A stretch of DNA of 34,039 nt from a virus (lineage: Duplodnaviria; Caudoviricetes). Location: positions 1-34,039 of IMG/VR virus record IMGVR_UViG_3300012863_000021. The stretch is one strand, 5' to 3'. A program made the position numbers and the translations under genes. Position 1 is the first letter of the stretch. Each line of letters starts with the position of its first letter. Positions 1 through 8,690 of the stretch are shown piece after piece. Below the pieces are notes generated by a model. It was not told where the DNA came from. It saw nothing but the letters and a program-made list of their open reading frames with translations, and made no database searches.

Positions 1-225
1 GTCCGGGCGTACGGCTCGGCCACCGTCCGGGCGTACGGCTCGGCCACCGTCCGGGCGTACGGCTCGGCCACCGTCGAGGCGTACGGCTCGGCCACCGTCG
101 AGGCGTACGGCTCGGCCACCGTCGAGGCGTACGGCTCGGCCACCGTCCGGGCGTACGGCTCGGCCACCGTCCGGGCGTACGGCTCGGCCACCGTCCGGGC
201 GTACGGCTCGGCCACCGTCCGGGCG
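1..225 (+). repeat. Coding tandem repeat, 24-bp unit GTC(CGG/GAG)GCGTACGGCTCGGCCACC, 9 full copies plus a partial copy
   Basis: Read directly. Units are contiguous, in the order R,R,R,E,E,E,R,R,R, with no spacers. Confidence 0.95.
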
Positions 226-681
226 TCGGCGTACGTGGCGGTGCACCTGCACTCCGCACGCGTCACCCTGTCCGGTGGTGTCGTCATCGACGTCACCAGG
301 CTGGACCTGACCGACCCGCAGACGTGGGCCGAGTACACCGGCGCCACCGTCATCGACGACACCGTCACCCTGTACAAGGCCGTCGACGCCGACCTGCACG
401 CAGGCCACGGCTACCGCCTCACCGCCTACCCGGTCGGTGAGGACGTCACCGCGTCCGACTGGCGCGACGACCACGACTGCGGCCGCGGCCTGCACGCCTC
501 CCCGCACCCGCACCAGGCGCTGTCGTACGCGCCGGCCGCGACCCGCATGCTCGAGGTCACCGTGCCCCTGGCGGACCTGCGGCCCATCCCCGGCGGCGCC
601 GCGAAGGCCAAGGCCCGCACCGTGCACGTCGTGCGCGAGGTCACGCTCGACGGCGCGCCCCTCCCGGCGGTGACCTCGTGA
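1..681 (+). CDS. 5'-truncated phage protein with V(R/E)AYGSAT octapeptide repeats and a conserved C-terminal domain (LYKAV...CGRGLH)
   Basis: Frame +1 is open from base 1 to the TGA at 681. The repeat region reads in frame into the 235..681 ORF. Confidence 0.8.
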   Translation, partial: VRAYGSATVRAYGSATVRAYGSATVEAYGSATVEAYGSATVEAYGSATVRAYGSATVRAYGSATVRAYGSATVRASAYVAVHLHSARVTLSGGVVIDVTRLDLTDPQTWAEYTGATVIDDTVTLYKAVDADLHAGHGYRLTAYPVGEDVTASDWRDDHDCGRGLHASPHPHQALSYAPAATRMLEVTVPLADLRPIPGGAAKAKARTVHVVREVTLDGAPLPAVTS

Positions 682-1010
682 GCGCCGACCAGCCGGTGTT
701 GCGCATCGTGCACATCCGCAAGGAGCACGGCGACCTGGGTGCGCCTGACCCGGGCACGGCCGGTGTCATCGCGACGTACGAGCTCGACGACGTCACCGGG
801 CCCGAGCTGACGTTCCGCTGGGACGTGACGACGAACCTCGGCGTCGGCCCCGACCCGAAGCGTGCGGCGCGGCAGCTGGGGATCGTGCTGCACGACCTGG
901 CGCACACGCTGCTGTCGCAGGCCGGGGTCGTGCTCGACCTGTCGCCGGAGCGCGTCGACGAGCCGGACCCGGACCGTGAGCACGACGAGCGCGCCACCGG
1001 GGGTGCCTGA
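678..1010 (+). CDS. Hypothetical phage protein
   Basis: GTGA overlap with the upstream stop, high GC3, TGATG coupling to the next gene. Confidence 0.75.
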   Translation: MSADQPVLRIVHIRKEHGDLGAPDPGTAGVIATYELDDVTGPELTFRWDVTTNLGVGPDPKRAARQLGIVLHDLAHTLLSQAGVVLDLSPERVDEPDPDREHDERATGGA

Positions 1011-1273
1011 TGCACCAGATCGTCGCCGCCGCGACCAACGTCGTCAGCCACCACGGCAAGCCCCCGCGTCCTGTCCCGACCGTGACCATCCCCGCGGACG
1101 AGCACGAGCGGCTCCTGGCCGTCGTGGCCGCCGCCCGCGACTGGGAGGGCAACCTCGCTCTCTCCGGCGAGGGCTGCCCCGACTGCGGTGCATCCGGTGA
1201 ACCGTCCGCCGAGAACCGCCTCGAGGACGCCGTCAGCGCCCTGTGGACTAACGACGCCGGAGGTGCCCGATGA
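1010..1273 (+). CDS. Hypothetical phage protein (CxxC motif)
   Basis: Translationally coupled on both sides; CPDC motif. Confidence 0.7.
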   Translation: MHQIVAAATNVVSHHGKPPRPVPTVTIPADEHERLLAVVAAARDWEGNLALSGEGCPDCGASGEPSAENRLEDAVSALWTNDAGGAR

Positions 1274-1650
1274 GCGCGCCAGCCCAGCGCGGCGGGGAGG
1301 CAGTGGATCGGGAGGCTGTCCAGCGCCGCATCGACCTGACGCTCAAGTCCGTCGCCCGGTTCGTCAACCGAACCGCCAAGACGCCCGGTGAGCGGCAGTC
1401 GATCGTCGCGGCTCTCGCCGACGCCCAGGCAGACGTGGCCCTCCTCGCCGCCCGGGGTGACGCCCCGGTGCAGTCCGTGAGCGCGGAGCAGGTCATCAAG
1501 GCACACCCCGAGTTCCAGCGGGAGTACGGGCGTGCCATCCGTGAGGCGCCGAGCAACCGCACCGGGGTGTCCTCGGACGACGCCCGCAAGGCGTACGTGG
1601 CCGGGTACACGGCCTTCCTCGCTGCCCTGGGGATCGAGGTGCGGCGATGA
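1270..1650 (+). CDS. Hypothetical phage protein
   Basis: GGAGG RBS and ATGA overlaps at both ends. Confidence 0.75.
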   Translation: MSAPAQRGGEAVDREAVQRRIDLTLKSVARFVNRTAKTPGERQSIVAALADAQADVALLAARGDAPVQSVSAEQVIKAHPEFQREYGRAIREAPSNRTGVSSDDARKAYVAGYTAFLAALGIEVRR

Positions 1651-2489
1651 CCGACTACACCACCCTCCCGCCGCGGCACCAGCCGTACACCGGCGGCGAC
1701 CCCAAGGCCGCACTCGCCGAGGTCCGCACCATGGTCGAGCACGCCATCACCCACCAGCCGAGGTCTCTGCAGAAGCGCATCGGCCCCTCCGAGATCGGCA
1801 CCCCGTGCGACCACTGCCTCGCGGCGAAGCTCGCCGGGTGGCCCCGCACCGACACCGGCGTCCCGTGGCTGCCGTACATCGGGACCTGCGTGCACGACGG
1901 CCTCTCCCAGATCATCATGGCGCACGAGGGCGACCGCAACGCCATGCACACCACCGGGCTGCGGTGGCTGTCCGAGCACCGCGTCACCGTCGGACGCATC
2001 GGCGACGTCGACATCACCGGGTCCTGCGACCTGTTCGACACCACCACCGGCACCGTCATCGACTTCAAGGTCGTCGGCGCCACGACCCTGCGCGCCGCCA
2101 AGCGCGGCCCCTCCCCCGTCTACCGCACCCAGGTCAACCTCTACGGGCTCGGGTTCGTCAACGCCGGCCAGCAGGTCGACCACGTCGCCATCGCGTACCT
2201 GCCGCGCAACGCCGTCTCCCTCGACGACGCCGTGTGGTGGACCGCGCCGTTCGACCCCGCGCTCGCCCACCAGGCCCTGACCCGCGCGAACCGCCTGCAC
2301 GCGAACCTCACCGCCCTGACCGCGCTCGGTCAGGGCGCGGTGCGCGCGTGGATCAGTGCCCTGCCGCGCGACCCCGCCTGCCACGACTGCGGCAGGTACC
2401 CCGACCGTCCCGCCGGGCACACCGCCCCCGGGCACCACCCCGGCAGCCAGCTGACCGGGCTCATCCCCACCACCCCCACCGCCGCGTGA
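1647..2489 (+). CDS. Cas4/RecB-like PD-(D/E)XK exonuclease (phage recombination)
   Basis: Motifs IGPSEIGTPC, GSCDL...VIDFK, QVNLYG and a C-terminal CxxC. Confidence 0.8.
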   Translation: MTDYTTLPPRHQPYTGGDPKAALAEVRTMVEHAITHQPRSLQKRIGPSEIGTPCDHCLAAKLAGWPRTDTGVPWLPYIGTCVHDGLSQIIMAHEGDRNAMHTTGLRWLSEHRVTVGRIGDVDITGSCDLFDTTTGTVIDFKVVGATTLRAAKRGPSPVYRTQVNLYGLGFVNAGQQVDHVAIAYLPRNAVSLDDAVWWTAPFDPALAHQALTRANRLHANLTALTALGQGAVRAWISALPRDPACHDCGRYPDRPAGHTAPGHHPGSQLTGLIPTTPTAA

Positions 2490-2515
2490 GCGGCACGCAC
2501 CCACAGGAGCAGCAG

Positions 2516-3247
2516 ATGTCCCAGCAGACCCCCAGCGCCAACGACGTCCTCATGGGCGGTGGCGGCGCCCTCACCGCGAAGTTCACCAACCCCGGCGACA
2601 TGATCGGCGGGCGCATCGTCGCCGAGCCGCGCGTCTACCAGGAGCGCGAGTACGACCCCCGCAACCCCGGCAACGGCGCCCCGAAGTTCTACCCGAAGTC
2701 CGGCGACCCGATCATGTCCGTGTCCGTCGACGTGCAGACCGACCTGCGTGACCCGTCCGACCCCGACGACGACGGCGTGCGCCGCATCTACATCGAGGGC
2801 AAGCGGCTCAAGGACGCCGTCCGTGACGCCGTCCGCAACGCCGGCGCCGACGGCCTGCACGTCGGCGACGAGCTGCACGTCGCGTTCACCGGCCTCGGGC
2901 AGGCCGAGAACGGCATGAACGCCCCGAAGCTGTACGCCGCGAAGTACGTGCACTCCTCGGCCGGTGCAGCCCTGGACGCGCTCGGCGGCACCCAGCAGCC
3001 GGCGGACCCGTGGGCGACGCAGGGACAGCAGCAGACGCCCACCCCGACCGCGCCCCCCGCCGTCGCGCCGGTCACGCAGTCCGCGCCCGCTCAGGTGCCC
3101 ACCGCCGCGGCTCCGCCCGCGCCCGCGCCCGTCCAGACGCCCGCCGCGCAGGCCAAGTCCCTCGCCGCCCTCGGCCTCACCGCCGAGCAGATCGCCCCGC
3201 AGCTCGGCCTCGACGCCTCCGTCGTCGCCATCCTGCTCGCTTCCTGA
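2516..3247 (+). CDS. Putative phage ssDNA-binding protein with a Pro/Ala-rich tail
   Basis: AGGAG RBS before the ATG at 2516. VQTDLRDPSDPDDDGVRRIY motif typical of actinophage SSB-like proteins. Lies between the exonuclease and the primase. Confidence 0.65.
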   Translation: MSQQTPSANDVLMGGGGALTAKFTNPGDMIGGRIVAEPRVYQEREYDPRNPGNGAPKFYPKSGDPIMSVSVDVQTDLRDPSDPDDDGVRRIYIEGKRLKDAVRDAVRNAGADGLHVGDELHVAFTGLGQAENGMNAPKLYAAKYVHSSAGAALDALGGTQQPADPWATQGQQQTPTPTAPPAVAPVTQSAPAQVPTAAAPPAPAPVQTPAAQAKSLAALGLTAEQIAPQLGLDASVVAILLAS

Positions 3248-3349
3248 CGGAGGCACCCCGCGCGCGCGACCGGCGCGCCACCGCCCGTTCGACCCGGGGC
3301 GCGGGGACCACGCACCAGCACCACCACGAACATCAGGAGCACCGAGCCC

Positions 3350-3616
3350 ATGAAGCCGTCAGCGGTCGTCCCCCGGATCGAGCACGCCAAGCTCGACGAG
3401 CTCGCGGCGAGCGGCCCGCGCCTCCCGCTGAACGGCCAGGAGCTCACCACGCACCTTCAGGTTAATCGGGTCGCCCGGCCCAAGATCCGGTCGAAGAGTC
3501 GCAATGAGCGCCCCCTCGCGGATCACCGCTTCGTGGAGCCGCCCGACGGCAGCGTCAGCAGCGTTCGCGTCCATGTTCGTACCCCGTCCTCGTCGACGCT
3601 GGTCGGCCTGGCATGA
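3350..3616 (+). CDS. Hypothetical protein (competes with the antisense ORF 3359-3574)
   Basis: AGGAG upstream and stop overlapping the primase ATG, but atypical codon usage. Confidence 0.35.
   Translation: MKPSAVVPRIEHAKLDELAASGPRLPLNGQELTTHLQVNRVARPKIRSKSRNERPLADHRFVEPPDGSVSSVRVHVRTPSSSTLVGLA
3359..3574 (-). CDS. Small antisense hypothetical protein (71 aa, helical)
   Basis: GAGGA/GGGG upstream of the ATG, protein-like amphipathic composition, locally lower GC. Confidence 0.45.
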   Translation of the reverse strand: MDANAADAAVGRLHEAVIREGALIATLRPDLGPGDPINLKVRGELLAVQREARAARRELVELGVLDPGDDR

Positions 3617-6225
3617 GCGCCGTGCTCGGCGCCGCCCTCGATCTGCTCGAGCACGGCTACTCGATCATCCCGATCCGCCCAGACCGTAGCAAGGTCCCCG
3701 CCCTGCCCTCCTGGAAGCGGTACACCGCCGAGCGTGCGACGGCCGACGACCTGCACGCGTGGTTCGCCGACGACCAGCACGACCTCGGCGTCGTCCAGGG
3801 CACCGTGTCGGGGCACGCCGAGCTCACCGAGCTCGAGGGCCGCGCCGTCGCCGCGCTCCCCGACCTCAAGGCCCTCGCGCACGACACCGGCCTCGGCGAC
3901 CTGTGGGACCTCGTCACCACCGGGTGGGTCGAGATGTCCCCCTCCGGCGGGCTGCACTTCCACTACCGCCTCACCGACGGGCCCGTGCCCGGCAACACCA
4001 AGCTCGCACGCCGGCCCGCCACCCCCGACGAACTCGCCGCCAACCCCGGCGACAAGGTGAAGGTCCTCGCCGAGACCCGCGGCGAAGGCGGACAGGTCGT
4101 CGTCGCCCCCTCCCGCCACCACGCCACCGGCCGCCCCTGGGCGCGACTGCTCGGCGGACCCGCCACCGCGCCGACGATCACCCGCGAGCAGCGCGACGCG
4201 TTCCACGCCGTCCTGCGCACCCTCAACGCCCAGCCCGAGCCGCCCACGCCCGCCACGACCACGCCGAGCACCCCGCGCACCTTCGGCGACGGCATCACCC
4301 CCGGCGACGACTACGAGAACAAGACCGACTGGGCCGACATCCTCACCCCCCACGGCTGGCAGCTCGTCACCCAGCGCGGCCGCACACGGTACTGGCTGCG
4401 CCCCGGCAAGCCCCTCGGGTCCGGGTTCTCCGCCACCACCGGGCACGCCGACGACCGCGACCGTCTCTACGTCTTCACGACGAGCACGGACTTCGACGCC
4501 GAGGTGCCGTACACGAAGCTCGGGGCCCTGGCCGTGCTCGAGCACGGCGGGGACCACTCGGCGGCCGCCAAGGCCCTGCACGCCGACGGGTACGGGCAGC
4601 GCCCCGAGCAGACCCGCCCCCAGCACGCCACCGGCGATGACCTCGCCGGCCTCATCGCCCCCACCCACCAGGAGACCCCGTGGCCGACGACACCTGCGAC
4701 TGCTTCCCCGACCACCCCGACGGCCGCTGCACCTGCGACGGCTGCTGGGCCTGCGACGGCCACGTCCTCGACTGCACCTGCGACATCGCCTGGGACTGCC
4801 AGCACCGCCTCGGGGCCTAGCGAGCCGGCCACCTACACCGAGACCGACGACGGCAACGCCCTACGCCTCGTCGACACCCACGGCCACCACGTCCGCTACG
4901 TCCCCCAACGCGGCCAGTGGCTCACCTGGACCGACCACCGCTGGACCTGGGACGAAGCCGGACACGTCCACGAGCTCGCACGCGACATCGCCCGCAACCT
5001 GCCCACCCACGACCGCACCGCCGAACGCCACCGCAAGACCACCCTGTCCCGCCGCGGCGTCGAAGCCATGGTCGCCCTCGCCCGCACCGACACCCGCACC
5101 ACCGTCCACCTGCGCGACCTCGACGCCCGACCCTACGAGCTCAACACCCCCGCCGGCGTCGTCAACCTCCGCACCGGGACACTGTCCCACCCCGAACCCG
5201 CCGCCCTGCACACCCGCTCCACCGCCGTCGCACCCGCACCCGCAGGCACCCCACACCCCCTGTGGGACAAGTTCCTCGCCGACACCTTCGCCGGCGACCC
5301 CGCCCTGACCACCTACCTGCAACGCCTCCTCGGCGTCTCCCTCGTCGGCACCGTCCTCGAACAACTCCTGCCGTTCGCGCACGGCCTGGGCGCCAACGGC
5401 AAGACCACCCTCCTCGGCGTCGTACAGCGCCTCATCGGCATCGGCGACGACGGGTACTCCATCAGCGCACCCGCCGAGATGCTCCTGGCCACCCACCAGC
5501 AAGGCCACCCCACCGAGATCGCCCGGCTCGCCGGCGCCCGCCTCGTCGTCACCTCCGAGCTCGAGGACGGGCAACGCTTCGCCGAAGCCCGGATCAAGCA
5601 GCTCACCGGTCGCGACGTGATCAGCGGCCGGTTCATGCGCCAGGACTGGTTCTCGTTCGTCCCCACCCACACCCTGTGGCTGCTCGCCAACCACCAGCCC
5701 GCCGTCAAGGCCGGCGGGCCCGCGTTCTGGCGGCGCCTGCGACTCCTGCCGTTCGAGCACACCGTCCCCCCCGAGGCACGCATCGCCGACCTTGAAGACC
5801 GGCTCGTCGACGACGAAGGCCCGGCCATCCTTGCCTGGCTCATCACCGGCGCCCACGACTACTTCACCCACGGCCTGGCCGAACCCGCGTCCGTGCGCAC
5901 CGCCACCGACACGTACGCCGCCGACCAGGACACCGTCGCCCGGTTCGTCGCCGAGGAATGCGCCACCGGCGACCCCAACGCCCAGCACCTGCAGGTCCGC
6001 GTCGCCGTCATCCGCGCCGCCTACGAACGCTGGTGCCGCACCGAAGGCGAGGAGCCCGTCTCCCCGAAGTCCCTCACCCAGCAGCTGCGCGCCCGCTACG
6101 GCGTCATCTCCGAACGCGACTCCGCCGCCCGCCTGTACTCCGGGATCCGCCTCAACGATGTGTCACGCGACGACACCGAACCGTCACGCACCGAGGCCCG
6201 GTGGCAGCAGGACGAGGGCTGGTGA
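3613..6225 (+). CDS. Bifunctional primase-polymerase / P4-D5 family SF3 helicase
   Basis: N-terminal prim-pol motifs (SPSGGLHFHY, ETRGEGGQVVVAPS); Walker A GLGANGKTT; IKQLTGRDVISGRFMRQDWF; FWRRLRLLPF. Confidence 0.93.
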   Translation: MSAVLGAALDLLEHGYSIIPIRPDRSKVPALPSWKRYTAERATADDLHAWFADDQHDLGVVQGTVSGHAELTELEGRAVAALPDLKALAHDTGLGDLWDLVTTGWVEMSPSGGLHFHYRLTDGPVPGNTKLARRPATPDELAANPGDKVKVLAETRGEGGQVVVAPSRHHATGRPWARLLGGPATAPTITREQRDAFHAVLRTLNAQPEPPTPATTTPSTPRTFGDGITPGDDYENKTDWADILTPHGWQLVTQRGRTRYWLRPGKPLGSGFSATTGHADDRDRLYVFTTSTDFDAEVPYTKLGALAVLEHGGDHSAAAKALHADGYGQRPEQTRPQHATGDDLAGLIAPTHQETPWPTTPATASPTTPTAAAPATAAGPATATSSTAPATSPGTASTASGPSEPATYTETDDGNALRLVDTHGHHVRYVPQRGQWLTWTDHRWTWDEAGHVHELARDIARNLPTHDRTAERHRKTTLSRRGVEAMVALARTDTRTTVHLRDLDARPYELNTPAGVVNLRTGTLSHPEPAALHTRSTAVAPAPAGTPHPLWDKFLADTFAGDPALTTYLQRLLGVSLVGTVLEQLLPFAHGLGANGKTTLLGVVQRLIGIGDDGYSISAPAEMLLATHQQGHPTEIARLAGARLVVTSELEDGQRFAEARIKQLTGRDVISGRFMRQDWFSFVPTHTLWLLANHQPAVKAGGPAFWRRLRLLPFEHTVPPEARIADLEDRLVDDEGPAILAWLITGAHDYFTHGLAEPASVRTATDTYAADQDTVARFVAEECATGDPNAQHLQVRVAVIRAAYERWCRTEGEEPVSPKSLTQQLRARYGVISERDSAARLYSGIRLNDVSRDDTEPSRTEARWQQDEGW
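4680..4820 (+). CDS. Overprinted 46-aa Cys-rich protein (MADDTCDCFPDHPDGRCTCDGCWACDGHVLDCTCDIAWDCQHRLGA) in an alternative frame of the primase linker
   Basis: AGGAG at 4670-4674, GTG at 4680, TAG at 4818-4820. Every codon ends in G or C in this frame. 9 Cys and 3 His. Confidence 0.6.
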   Translation: MADDTCDCFPDHPDGRCTCDGCWACDGHVLDCTCDIAWDCQHRLGA

Positions 6226-6430
6226 GCACCCGATGACGGTTCGACCCGACACATGTGTCACACCCGCCGCGACACATCGCCCGAGCATCCCCGCAGGTCA
6301 TGACACATATGACACGTGTTCCCCACATCACCTCATGACGAATGACGGGTACCCCTCTGTTTGTACGCATCACGCGGGCGCGCAAGGGGTACAAACAGCC
6401 TGGGCCGCGCATCCGTCACAACCGTCACGG
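6155..6430. other. Putative phage replication origin (TGAC(A/G)/(T/C)GTCA iterons around a central inverted repeat)
   Basis: Many TGACAC/TGACGG/CCGTCA/GTGTCA copies. Inverted repeat CTGTTTGTAC 6357-6366 / GTACAAACAG 6389-6398. Lower GC. Immediately after the primase-helicase. Confidence 0.6.
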
Positions 6431-6838
6431 CGAGCATGCTTGCGCGCCGTCCTGGAGAAGCGCGGCGAGGACCCCGACCTCGCAGGCACCAGAGCCGTCC
6501 CACGCTGGTGCCGCACCTGCCGACGCGCCGTCCTCGCCGGCTACGACGCACCCGTCCTCGGCGGGCTCGCCATCGTCGACCCCTTCCGCGCCACCTGGCA
6601 GCAAGAAGCCGCCGCCGTCCTCCTCGCCCGACCCACCTGGTGGCTCGCCGGCCCCTGGCCCATCCGCGGCGAGCTCATCGCCCGCCACCACCCCGGCATC
6701 CCCGACGTCGGCATCCGCGCACCCGCCGACCAGGTGCTCGTCGTCATCGCCCACGACTGCACCCGACCCCCACTCGCCACCACACCCCTGCCCACCCAAC
6801 GCACGATCGCCGACCGGCCCACCGACCCGCCGTACTGA
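6233..6838 (+). CDS. Hypothetical protein with CxxC; true start uncertain (possibly near 6441)
   Basis: High GC3 only from about 6440. The WCRTCRRAVLAG...HDC pattern is typical of genes that follow actinophage primases. Confidence 0.55.
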   Translation: MTVRPDTCVTPAATHRPSIPAGHDTYDTCSPHHLMTNDGYPSVCTHHAGAQGVQTAWAAHPSQPSRRACLRAVLEKRGEDPDLAGTRAVPRWCRTCRRAVLAGYDAPVLGGLAIVDPFRATWQQEAAAVLLARPTWWLAGPWPIRGELIARHHPGIPDVGIRAPADQVLVVIAHDCTRPPLATTPLPTQRTIADRPTDPPY

Positions 6839-6848
6839 GGAGACCGAC

Positions 6849-7037
6849 ATGCCCGAGCACGAGCAGGACGACCAGCCACGTACGTGGGACCACTCCCGCA
6901 AGGGGCGCCTCGTCGGCGTCGTCGTCCACGAGGGCGACACGTGGATCACCATCCGCTGCACCGAGCCCAACCGCCAGGCCGACGCCGGCGAGAGCCTCAC
7001 CTTCCGCCGCAGCCTCGCCACGGAGGTGGACGCGTGA
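6849..7037 (+). CDS. Hypothetical protein (62 aa)
   Basis: GAGGAG RBS; TGATG coupling to the next gene. Confidence 0.75.
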   Translation: MPEHEQDDQPRTWDHSRKGRLVGVVVHEGDTWITIRCTEPNRQADAGESLTFRRSLATEVDA

Positions 7038-7567
7038 TGGTCAACCGCCCCAAGCAGATCGGCACCGCCGCCGAGACCGCCGTCGTCCGCACCGCCCGGC
7101 GCCTCGGCTTCCCCGGAGCCGACCGCCTCACCCTCACCGGCCACCTCGACCGCGGCGACGTCGGCCTCTGCCCCGGCGTCATCATCGAGGTCAAGGGCGG
7201 CGGCGCCGCCAAGACCGCCTCCGACGGGCTCATCGACACCTGGCTCGCTGAGACGGCGCGCGAGCGCCTCCACGCAGGCGCCGACGTCGCCTTCCTCGTC
7301 ACCCAGCGTGCCGGCGTCGGCGCACCCAACGCTCACCGCTGGTGGGCCTGGTGGCGTCTCGGCGACCTCATCGCCCTGCGCCACACCTGGCGGGCAGGCA
7401 CCGACGCCGTCGTGCGTATGCAGCTCGGCGACGCCCTCGCGCAGCTGCGCGCAGTCGGCTACGGCGAACCACTCACAAACCACGGGACGCACAGCGGGAC
7501 AGACCACGGGACGGGGGACGTCCCGTGGTTGCCCGCGCGCGCAGGCGCGGCCGGTGGTGCGTCGTGA
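7037..7567 (+). CDS. Holliday junction resolvase-like PD-(D/E)XK nuclease
   Basis: KQIGTAAETAVV...DRGDV...IIEVKGG motif pattern of actinophage resolvases. Confidence 0.75.
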   Translation: MVNRPKQIGTAAETAVVRTARRLGFPGADRLTLTGHLDRGDVGLCPGVIIEVKGGGAAKTASDGLIDTWLAETARERLHAGADVAFLVTQRAGVGAPNAHRWWAWWRLGDLIALRHTWRAGTDAVVRMQLGDALAQLRAVGYGEPLTNHGTHSGTDHGTGDVPWLPARAGAAGGAS

Positions 7568-7613
7568 GCGTCGTCGACTGCCCCACCAGCACCACCTGCA
7601 CCCCGGAGGCGAC

Positions 7614-8522
7614 GTGACCACCACCTACCTGCCCGACCGGGCCACCACCACCGCCGTCGACCCCCGCGACGACGGCGCCTGCCCGCTGACGCACCGCGAC
7701 GACGCGCCCCCGCAGCTCGACCCCGACCAGTACGTGTGCCGCCGCTGCACCGGCCGCCTGCGTGGCCTGCTGAGCGACCTGCCCGGCCTCATGGGCGACC
7801 TCGACATCGCCCTGACCCAGCAGGCCAGGTTCACCGCCCGCGTCGGGTCCCGCTCCACCGAACGCCGCCTGCCCCTGGGGCTGCCCGCCGCCGACGCCGC
7901 GTTCGTCGCCCGCAACACGATCCTCGCGAACACCGAGTGGGTCGCCGCCGTGCGCGGACACCCCATCCCGCAGACCTGGACCGCCATTGCCGGCTACCTC
8001 ACCGCCGCCACCACCTGGCTGTCCCGGCACCCCGACGGCCCCCAGGTCGTCGACGAGCTCACCGCCGCCGTCGTCAACGCCCGCCGCACCATCGACCGGC
8101 CCGCCGACCGCGCGTACCTCGGCCGGTGCGGCGCCCTGCTCGAGGTCGTCGACGTCGACGGGCTCACCGGTGCCGTCGACTGCGCCCACGAGCTGTACGC
8201 CCGCGACGACCAGGTCGTCGTCGACTGCCCGCACTGCGGCACGACCTGGAACGTGCGCACCCGTCAGGACCGCATGCTCGAGCAGCTGCGCGACCACCTG
8301 CTGCCGGCCGTCGACGTCGCCCGCGCCGTCGACGGCCTCGGCCGGCCCGTCACCCCCGAGCTGATCCGGCAGTGGAAGCGCCGCGGGGTGCTCGCCGTCA
8401 CCCTCGACGAGCACGGCAACCCCCGCGCCGACCCCCGCGGCCGGCCCCTGTACCGGGTCGGTGACGTCCTCGACGTCGTCGCCGGGCGCGTGACGGAGGC
8501 CGGTGGCGTGCCGCGTCCATGA
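7614..8522 (+). CDS. Zn-binding protein with C-terminal HTH (putative late transcription regulator)
   Basis: GGAGG RBS; CxxC pairs; C-terminal VTPELIRQWKRRG...PLYRVGDVLD MerR-like HTH; last gene before the terminase. Confidence 0.7.
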   Translation: MTTTYLPDRATTTAVDPRDDGACPLTHRDDAPPQLDPDQYVCRRCTGRLRGLLSDLPGLMGDLDIALTQQARFTARVGSRSTERRLPLGLPAADAAFVARNTILANTEWVAAVRGHPIPQTWTAIAGYLTAATTWLSRHPDGPQVVDELTAAVVNARRTIDRPADRAYLGRCGALLEVVDVDGLTGAVDCAHELYARDDQVVVDCPHCGTTWNVRTRQDRMLEQLRDHLLPAVDVARAVDGLGRPVTPELIRQWKRRGVLAVTLDEHGNPRADPRGRPLYRVGDVLDVVAGRVTEAGGVPRP

Positions 8523-8546
8523 GCAGCGTCCGCGTGTCGCTTCCCG

Positions 8547-8569
8547 TTGTCGCACTGTCACGATAGGCT
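8547..8569 (+). promoter_or_regulatory. Putative late promoter, tTGTCG-N11-TAGGCT
   Basis: TAnnnT -10 box at 8564-8569 in the intergenic region upstream of the packaging operon, with repeated TGTC(G/A)C motifs. Confidence 0.45.
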
Positions 8570-8591
8570 TCGCCAAGATCACCAGTCCTGT

Positions 8592-8632
8592 CAGAAGACC
8601 CCGGAACGCACACCGCGTCCCGGGGTCTTCTG
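8592..8632 (+). terminator. 13-bp stem-loop in the late leader (terminator or attenuator-like)
   Basis: CAGAAGACCCCGG 8592-8604 pairs with CCGGGGTCTTCTG 8620-8632. Confidence 0.6.
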
Positions 8633-8690
8633 CATCCCCACGGCCCGGCCAGGCGCCGACCCGTGAGCGCGAGCGAGGTGAGCACACCCG

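Noticed and set aside
1-225. 24-bp repeats as a CRISPR array
   Set aside because: Units are contiguous with no spacers and encode an in-frame octapeptide repeat.
1647-2489. Cas4-like gene as an adaptation module for the mini-array
   Set aside because: It lies 30 kb away in the recombination/replication module next to the SSB-like gene. Such nucleases are common in actinophages, and no cas1 or cas2 is present.
8554-8561. 8-nt match of spacer 1 (GTGACAGT) to the late promoter, and 7-nt match of spacer 2 (GCAACCG) near the -35 box at 33703-33709
   Set aside because: Matches this short are expected by chance in 34 kb and there is no convincing PAM. I saw no full protospacer in the window, though I could not search exhaustively.
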